Source: a virus. Taken from it: a DNA stretch of 37,312 nt. Of the stretch, positions 32,948 through 37,312 are shown one piece after another. How positions within the stretch are numbered: the first letter of the stretch is position 1; every line of letters starts with the position of its first letter. Location of the stretch: positions 1 to 37,312 of the IMG/VR virus record IMGVR_UViG_3300043540_000062; one strand, 5' to 3'. The notes under the pieces are model-generated. The model was not told the DNA's origin and searched no databases. It saw only the letters and a list, made by a program, of their open reading frames with translations. The translations under genes were made by a program, and so were the position numbers.

Positions 32948-34393
32948 ATGCCTACACGAATAGAAAAACTCACGCAGAAGCAAAAAGATGCTATGCCTGC
33001 ATATAGAGATATGTGGATTGCAAAAGGATTACAGACTGGCGAGACTGATTGGGATACCTTTGATAAGTACATGCCGATTTGCTATGAAAAGGCTGGCATC
33101 TCTTATCCGAAACGCGTTGTTAGGGTAATGTCACCAATGGTCGGGGCGTTTGCAGCAGCGATAGCTGAAGGGATATTGCGAAAAAGGGACAACGCAATTG
33201 GCGACGAAGTTATCGGCGAAGTTCGCAACGCAGTTGGCAACGCAGTTAGCAACTCAGTTGGCGTCGCAGTTAGAGGCGCAGTTGGCGTCGCAGTTGGCGG
33301 CGCAGTTGGAGACGCAGTTAGCGGCGCAGTTAACGGCGCAGTTAGAGGCGCAGTTGGCGTCGCAGTTGGCGGCGCAGTTGTAGACGCAGTTGGAGACGCA
33401 GTTGGCGGCGCAGTTAACGGCGCAGTTGGAGGCGCAGTTAGCGGCGCAGTTGGCGTCGCAGTTAGAGGCGCAGTTGGCGTCGCAGTTGTAGACGCAGTTA
33501 GAGGCGCAGTTAGAGGCGCAGTTGGCGGCGCAGTTGGAGACGCAGTTGGAGACGCAGTTCGCAACGCAGTTGGCGTCGCAGTTGGAGACGCAGTTAGAGG
33601 CGCAGTTAACGGCGCAGTTAGCGTCGCAGTTCGCAACGCAGTTAGCGGCGCAGTTGGAGACGCAGTTGGTAACCTAATAAAAGCCGGTGTACCAATATCA
33701 GAGCATTACTGGTTTGGTGGTCAGTTTTGGGTTGGAGGTTGGTATTGGGGTGTCTCATTTGTAAACTTTTTCTTTGACGTCTGTGGATTAAAGTTCGAAA
33801 AAGACATCATGGAACGAGCACTTGCTTATCGTAAGGTATGTGAATCGGTAAATTACATATGGCCAAACCGAGACTTCGTCATGGTGTGTGCTCGACCAAC
33901 AAAGATTTCGAGGAATGTTTTAGGCCAACTTCATTGCGAAAATGGCATGGCTATTCAATACCCTGATGGTTGGGGTCTTTATCTTCTTAACGGTGTGAGG
34001 TTCGATGAGACACTCTACAAAAAAGTGATTGACCCATCATGGCCATTCTCAGAACGCATGAAGATCGTAGATATTGACCAGAGAACACAAGCTATTAACC
34101 CGAAGTTCTGCGATATAGACGCATTCATCAAAGAGGCAAAAGGTGAATTGCTCGATGAGCGTACTAAATACGATATCGACGCAAATCCTGGCAACTATAA
34201 GCTCTATAAGTTCCCCAGAGGACCTATATTCACCGAAGACGCATACTATTGCTATTTTGACTGTCCTTCGACTGGTAAGAAGCACTTAGAGGGCGTAGAA
34301 GTCGCCAAGACAGTGGCGGAGGCAATGGCATGGGCAGAGGATATTACCGTGCAAGACTGGGAGAATCGAATACCCCTCGTTCATGAAAATTAA
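32948..34393 (+). CDS. Tetrapeptide-repeat protein with DUF6745-like C-terminal domain
   Basis: 481 aa. An 85-aa N-terminal region is followed by 39 tandem x-A-V-x tetrapeptides. The C-terminal domain has QLHCENGMAIQYPDGWGLYLLNGVRF and VAKTVAEAMAWAEDI, which match my recollection of the DUF6745 family (LHCEDGPA..Y.DGW..Y..HGV..P ... A.EA.AWTFG). Confidence 0.8.
   Translation: MPTRIEKLTQKQKDAMPAYRDMWIAKGLQTGETDWDTFDKYMPICYEKAGISYPKRVVRVMSPMVGAFAAAIAEGILRKRDNAIGDEVIGEVRNAVGNAVSNSVGVAVRGAVGVAVGGAVGDAVSGAVNGAVRGAVGVAVGGAVVDAVGDAVGGAVNGAVGGAVSGAVGVAVRGAVGVAVVDAVRGAVRGAVGGAVGDAVGDAVRNAVGVAVGDAVRGAVNGAVSVAVRNAVSGAVGDAVGNLIKAGVPISEHYWFGGQFWVGGWYWGVSFVNFFFDVCGLKFEKDIMERALAYRKVCESVNYIWPNRDFVMVCARPTKISRNVLGQLHCENGMAIQYPDGWGLYLLNGVRFDETLYKKVIDPSWPFSERMKIVDIDQRTQAINPKFCDIDAFIKEAKGELLDERTKYDIDANPGNYKLYKFPRGPIFTEDAYYCYFDCPSTGKKHLEGVEVAKTVAEAMAWAEDITVQDWENRIPLVHEN
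33203..33670 (+). repeat. 39 tandem copies of a 12-nt unit (cgcagttNNNNN) encoding x-A-V-x
   Basis: Read directly. The gca-gtt (Ala-Val) core is nearly invariant at nucleotide level. Flanking codons alternate among ggc/gtc/gac/aac and ggc/aga/agc/aac/gta/cgc. Confidence 0.95.
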
Positions 34394-35081
34394 ATATGAA
34401 TATATGAAATATAAACTAACATCAAAATCAATCACTCAATGGTCAGGCAAAGTTTTATTCCAAATAGAAGCAACTGTTTCTTTTGGTTTAATTAACAAAG
34501 GGGAACTTGGTGGTTATGTAGAAAAGGAAAGCAATCTTAGTCAAGATGATGACGCTTGGGTCTATGGTAACGCTCGGGTCTATGGTAACGCTCAGGTCTA
34601 TGGTAACGCTCGGGTCTATGGTAACGCTCGGGTCTATGGTAACGCTCAGGTCTCTGGTGACGCTCAGGTCTCTGGTGACGCTTGGGTCTATGGTAACGCT
34701 TGGGTCTCTGGTGACGCTTGGGTCTCTGGTGACGCTTGGGTCTCTGGTAACGCTCAGGTCTATGGTGACGCTTGGGTCTCTGGTGACGCTTGGGTCTCTG
34801 GTGACGCTCAGGTCTCTGGTGACGCTCAGGTCTCTGGTAACGCTTGGGTCTGTCTAAAATCCTCATTTACTAAGGGCTGGTTCATTGGTGGAGGTGATTC
34901 AGGGAAGATTACAGATATTACAGAAAAGACTGGCTCAACTTATTGGAAGAATCAATACGTACTTGGAGACTATGAGATTACTCCGATAGAGGATGAGAAT
35001 AAAAAGGAGGAAGAATCTCTCTCAGGTCAGGAGGTTACTGTGACGGTAGCAGGTAAGATGTATAAGGCAGTAATTAAATGA
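34383..35081 (+). CDS. Hexapeptide-repeat (left-handed beta-helix-type) protein
   Basis: 232 aa. N-terminal ...INKGELGGYVEKESNLSQDDDAW, then 17 copies of [ND]-A-[RQW]-V-[YS]-G. 11-nt overlap with the upstream gene. Confidence 0.8.
   Translation: MKIKYEYMKYKLTSKSITQWSGKVLFQIEATVSFGLINKGELGGYVEKESNLSQDDDAWVYGNARVYGNAQVYGNARVYGNARVYGNAQVSGDAQVSGDAWVYGNAWVSGDAWVSGDAWVSGNAQVYGDAWVSGDAWVSGDAQVSGDAQVSGNAWVCLKSSFTKGWFIGGGDSGKITDITEKTGSTYWKNQYVLGDYEITPIEDENKKEEESLSGQEVTVTVAGKMYKAVIK
34551..34856 (+). repeat. 17 tandem copies of an 18-nt unit (gRc gct YRg gtc tMt ggt)
   Basis: Read directly. Only four nucleotide positions per unit vary: aac/gac, cgg/cag/tgg and tat/tct. Confidence 0.95.
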
Positions 35082-35301
35082 ATATATGAAAGTAAAATAA
35101 TTATGTTCAGGGGATGATTGTTACAATACGATAGAACCAGAGTTTGATACTGTAATAAAACCAGATAGAACACCTCATCCTCTATCCTTAAAATGAAACG
35201 CATTAATTCAAAACCTAAACCAGTCGTCCGCCCTATCTTCCTTGAAATGATAAAGGAACAAGGGCAATGTCTGGGACCAAAGAGCAGACCGTGGTTCTGT
35301 G

Positions 35302-35332
35302 AATGTTATCGGGGTTATTGCTCCCTTTCTTG
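35302..35332. repeat. 31-bp direct repeat, copy 1
   Basis: aatgttatcggggTtattgctccctttcttg matches 36231..36261 (aatgttatcggggGtattgctccctttcttg) at 30 of 31 positions. Flanks are unrelated. Confidence 0.9.
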
Positions 35333-35334
35333 TA

Positions 35335-35343
35335 TGGTATAAT
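35335..35343 (+). promoter_or_regulatory. Extended -10 promoter TGGTATAAT(TAA), plus strand
   Basis: Exact 12-mer TGGTATAATTAA, 26 nt upstream of the holin-like ATG. It lies 2 nt downstream of the 31-bp repeat copy. Confidence 0.5.
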
Positions 35344-35369
35344 TAAGTCGTATTAACTAACATATATTT

Positions 35370-35576
35370 ATGTTCACCAAAGCAAATATTTTGTCACTCG
35401 CGCATACGTTTATTGCTACGTTCATTACCGCCTTTGCCGCTATCATCGTCGCCATTCCAACTGATTCATTCTTCTCTCCGCAGACATGGACAGGTGCGGC
35501 AATCGCAGGTATTCTCATTTCAGCCGTTCGTTCAGGAGTAAAGTCAATCTCTGGTACCTTCTTACGGCAGTCGTAG
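35370..35576 (+). CDS. Two-TM membrane protein, r1t/LL-H-type holin-like
   Basis: 68 aa. LSLAHTFIATFITAFAAIIVAIPTDSFFSPQTWTGAAIAGILISAVRSGVKSI fits the remembered r1t-holin pattern (a.R..KTFaQt...... w....a...a..S.l.s). TGGTATAAT promoter lies 26 nt upstream. Confidence 0.6.
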   Translation: MFTKANILSLAHTFIATFITAFAAIIVAIPTDSFFSPQTWTGAAIAGILISAVRSGVKSISGTFLRQS

Positions 35577-35605
35577 TGTCATACTATATCTGTCTCTCAC
35601 CATAC

Positions 35606-35625
35606 AAAAAAGGGGCACTAGCCCC
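35606..35625 (-). terminator. Intrinsic terminator, best in minus orientation
   Basis: aaaaaaGGGGCactaGCCCC. In minus orientation the stem is followed by UUUUUU. It also follows the plus-strand holin-like gene. Confidence 0.6.
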
Positions 35626-35743
35626 CCATTTGTGTGCGTTATTTGTCGGCAATACCCACCGACAAATAAGTATACAACGAAATGACCGCCTAAAAGCGGT
35701 CTATCGTCCCTTGTTGCAGGTTCAGTAATGATAACACGAAAAG

Positions 35744-35772
35744 GCGGCAATGAGCCGCGTTTTTCGGTTTTT
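35744..35772 (+). terminator. Intrinsic terminator, plus orientation
   Basis: GCGGCaatgaGCCGCgtttttcggttttt. Confidence 0.6.
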
Positions 35773-35865
35773 GCGTCAACGCATAAGGCGATGCGCGCGC
35801 CCAACCCTGCAACGAAGGTGGACAAGAGAGTAGACGACGGTGGTATGGAAATATTACAGTGGTCT

Positions 35866-35890
35866 AAAAAGCCGTCCTGGAGGGGGCGGC
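35866..35890 (-). terminator. Intrinsic terminator ending the minus arm
   Basis: Plus strand reads aaaaaGCCGtCCtggagggGGcGGC. In minus orientation the hairpin is followed by UUUUU. It overlaps the stop of 35890..36099. Confidence 0.55.
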
Positions 35891-36099
35891 TATGATGGTA
35901 TCTCTGACGGAGGCAGACGTAAGGTCATGGCACGTATTGCATACCGATAGCCTCCGAGGATTTTAGTTTCGGAAATAAATGCTGGTTGCTTAATGTAGTG
36001 AGTTGCTTCACCTTGAGCGTTCCACGCGATTGGCTCAACCCAAATGATGTCGGTTGGTCGAACGCGGCCGTGACTGACTACATACACGGAGTGTTTCAT
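35890..36099 (-). CDS. Hypothetical protein, last gene of the minus arm
   Basis: 69-aa ORF. 4-nt overlap with the HNH gene. An intrinsic terminator overlaps its stop. Confidence 0.55.
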   Translation of the reverse strand: MKHSVYVVSHGRVRPTDIIWVEPIAWNAQGEATHYIKQPAFISETKILGGYRYAIRAMTLRLPPSEIPS

Positions 36100-36377
36100 A
36101 CAATCTTTTCACAAGTAAAACGATAGTTAGTTGGTAACCACTTTTCGTTCATAATTGCGCAAATGGTTTCGGGACTAAAGTTGGAGAACAATATGTGCCA
36201 CGCATTGTGTTGAGTTTGAGGCACAACAGAAATGTTATCGGGGGTATTGCTCCCTTTCTTGCTCTGCGGTTGTCGATGATGTCGACTTTCTCCCCTACGG
36301 ATTTTGATGCACCGATAGGATGTTCTGAAACGACGTTGTGACCGAGACAGTTTTGGTTTCATATCAATTCCTTCCAT
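36096..36377 (-). CDS. Small HNH endonuclease-like protein
   Basis: 93 aa (88 aa if it starts at Met 36362, 1 nt after the upstream stop). RHHRQPQSKKGSNTPDNISVVPQTQHNAWHILFSNFSPE fits the HH..P.S.GG....N.......H..WH.LF.N small-HNH pattern. Confidence 0.65.
   Translation of the reverse strand: MEGIDMKPKLSRSQRRFRTSYRCIKIRRGESRHHRQPQSKKGSNTPDNISVVPQTQHNAWHILFSNFSPETICAIMNEKWLPTNYRFTCEKIV
36231..36261. repeat. 31-bp direct repeat, copy 2 (inside the HNH gene, encodes KKGSNTPDNI on the minus strand)
   Basis: See copy 1. Confidence 0.9.
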
Positions 36378-36612
36378 CTCCGTAGCATCCTTCGTTCATC
36401 CCCCAGTCGGAGAGATGGTCGTAGGGTGGCGGGGGGTGTTTTTCAAACATTGGTTGTTGGTTGACCGACGGGTATGGTGGAACGACAAACATATCGCTGA
36501 AGCGCCACAAACTAAAGCAGGTGACGTCGCAGTAAACATGTCCATTCCCTGGGCGATACTGAGTGAGCTTGGTTATCTCCTTGTTGCAATACCGACAGAA
36601 TGAAACAGTCAT
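36364..36612 (-). CDS. Zinc-finger small protein
   Basis: 82 aa. MTVSFCRYCNKEITKLTQYRPGNGHVYCDVTCFSLW (CxxC...CxxxC), Pro-rich C-terminus. Confidence 0.6.
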   Translation of the reverse strand: MTVSFCRYCNKEITKLTQYRPGNGHVYCDVTCFSLWRFSDMFVVPPYPSVNQQPMFEKHPPPPYDHLSDWGMNEGCYGDGRN

Positions 36613-36715
36613 ATATTTCCTTTCTATTTATTTGATTTACCGAGGACAGCATTCTGCTTTTAACAAAATGCTTGATTCGATAAACCACGATTCAAAGAGC
36701 TATCTCTGGTACTTA

Positions 36716-36724
36716 ATTATACCA
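36716..36724 (-). promoter_or_regulatory. Extended -10 promoter TGGTATAAT(TAA)
   Basis: Exact 12-mer, about 100 nt upstream of the zinc-finger gene 36364..36612. Confidence 0.5.
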
Positions 36725-36756
36725 TACTCCATCAAACAATTTTATCAAATGTGGAT

Positions 36757-36781
36757 AAACAAAAAACGACATTTCTGTCGT
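36757..36781 (-). terminator. Intrinsic terminator
   Basis: Minus strand reads ACGACagaaatGTCGTtttttgttt. Confidence 0.55.
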
Positions 36782-36890
36782 CTCTCGCCCTCGATCGGTG
36801 CGCGTTTTATGAAAAAAGTTTGCTGAACCGACGTTGGTGACCAGTACGACGATAACTCCAGTATGATTCTCATCAAACCAAAATGTCGCC
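36757..36890 (-). ncRNA. Candidate small transcription unit (sRNA or micro-ORF)
   Basis: Bounded by promoter 36897..36905 and terminator 36757..36781. The only ORF (42 aa, ATG 36871..36873) reads through the terminator stem. Confidence 0.3.
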
Positions 36891-36896
36891 TACAGC

Positions 36897-36905
36897 ATTA
36901 TACCA
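36897..36905 (-). promoter_or_regulatory. Extended -10 promoter TGGTATAAT(GCT)
   Basis: Exact TGGTATAAT in the non-coding gap after the peptidase gene. Drives a roughly 130-nt unit ending at terminator 36757..36781. Confidence 0.45.
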
Positions 36906-36994
36906 TAAACACAGGGGCCGCACGGGGATATGGGTCCCAGATGCGGCATGTGTATAAGAGTCCGGTCGAGTTCATTTCGACTGAACTGTAAATA

Positions 36995-37312
36995 TTATAT
37001 ACCCGACGGCTTCATTGCGCCATAGATGAACGGTTGCCAGTCCTCGGTAAGATATTGCTGACCGTTATTCCCGATTGATGTGCCCCATGAGTTGTCTACA
37101 ACTAATACTTTTTGTCCATTTACCAGTCCAAAGTCGGTGACCGTTAGGCGGTGATACCAAGCGGACGGATCGGGAGAGAGCGGGGCAAACGATGGTATCT
37201 TTGGTAAGACTGACGACCATGTGCCGTTGTTTTGCCCCTGTATCGTAATGCCGATAACGCCATAGACGCCTCGTGTTCGATAATCTTGGAGCTGGGCGGC
37301 AATAGATTCAAA
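36995..37312 (-). CDS. 3' part of the same papain-like peptidase ORF (37186..37312 duplicates 1..127)
   Basis: ...PSAWYHRLTVTDFGLVNGQKVLVVDNSWGTSIGNNGQQYLTEDW...GAMKPSGI*. His and N-S-W-G motifs match papain HAV.../NSWG..WG..GY. Stop TAA = reverse complement of 36995..36997. Confidence 0.75.
   Translation of the reverse strand, partial: FESIAAQLQDYRTRGVYGVIGITIQGQNNGTWSSVLPKIPSFAPLSPDPSAWYHRLTVTDFGLVNGQKVLVVDNSWGTSIGNNGQQYLTEDWQPFIYGAMKPSGI
37186..37312. repeat. Terminal direct repeat copy 2 (= 1..127)
   Basis: Identical to bases 1..127. Confidence 0.97.

Noticed and set aside
33103-33636. 177-aa minus-strand ORF (TAPLTAS... repeats), plus the alternate-frame ORFs 33198..33383, 34537..34866 and 34546..34857
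   Set aside because: These are frame and strand shadows of the tandem repeats. They end at the repeat borders and lack flanking coding context, whereas the plus-strand frames continue into conserved domains.
33203-33670. Regular short repeats that might be taken for a CRISPR array
   Set aside because: The units are contiguous 12-mers with no spacers. They stay in one long reading frame that continues into conserved flanking protein domains. This is a coding tandem repeat.
34551-34856. Diversity-generating retroelement (AAC/GAC and TAT/TCT variation looks like adenine mutagenesis)
   Set aside because: There is no reverse transcriptase gene or template repeat anywhere in the 37-kb circle. CGG/TGG variation is not adenine-directed. 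The variation is between repeat units of one gene, not between a TR/VR pair.
35193-35342. 49-aa Cys-rich plus-strand ORF (MKRINSKPKPVVRP...CECYRGYCSLSCMV)
   Set aside because: It is possible but unsupported. Its 3' end is formed by the 31-bp repeat and the TGGTATAAT promoter, and it has no recognisable start context. It is left unannotated.
36563-36826. 87-aa plus-strand ORF in the 36613..36994 gap
   Set aside because: It runs against the orientation of two perfect minus-strand promoters and a terminator, overlaps the start of the zinc-finger gene, and has low-complexity A/T-driven composition.
36880-36994. tRNA gene suggested by the gtcga-gttcatt-tcgac hairpin; the same was considered for the 35577..35890 island
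   Set aside because: No acceptor-stem complementarity at the right distance, the T-loop sequence is non-canonical, and no D or anticodon arms can be drawn.
1-37312. Temperate lifestyle or prophage (integrase, CI/Cro-type repressor, attP)
   Set aside because: No tyrosine or serine recombinase-sized ORF or motif was seen, and there is no HTH repressor pair. The only switch-like region (26611..26738) involves a zinc-ribbon ORF. Lifestyle is left undetermined but is probably lytic.

Overview
The window is a complete tailed-phage genome. Bases 1..127 are identical to 37186..37312, so it closes into a circle of about 37,185 bp. No integrase, tRNA, CRISPR array or reverse transcriptase was found. 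I saw no tape-measure or sheath gene, so it is probably short-tailed.

The genome has two transcription arms. They diverge at 27890..28197 and converge in a structured non-coding island at 35577..35890.

The minus arm runs from 27889 down to 1 and wraps round to 35890. In order it carries:
- a minimal C5 DNA methyltransferase
- a membrane-anchored transglycosylase
- a GT2-like glycosyltransferase
- a GroES-like plus GroEL-like chaperonin pair, chained to tiny zinc-ribbon ORFs
- a TerS-like protein and a GpA-like TerL
- the portal, followed by four small basic proteins
- scaffold and capsid genes
- tail and fibre proteins, including a glycine-rich fibre and a virion transglycosylase
- a lysis cassette ending in a papain-like cysteine peptidase, whose ORF is cut by the window edge
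- a zinc-finger protein, an HNH protein and a 69-aa gene

The plus arm (28198..35576) carries:
- a lambda O-like initiator with ori-type iterons inside its own gene
- a DnaB-like helicase
- a promoter followed by a long-hairpin leader
- a DUF736-like protein and a NinG-like protein
- two adjacent proteins built from very regular tandem repeats (39 x 12 nt and 17 x 18 nt)
- an r1t-type holin-like gene

Genome-wide features are a recurring extended -10 promoter (TGGTATAATTAA), several leaderless or near-leaderless starts, and almost no Shine-Dalgarno sequences.

All calls come from reading the sequence and recalling protein motifs. No database search was run.
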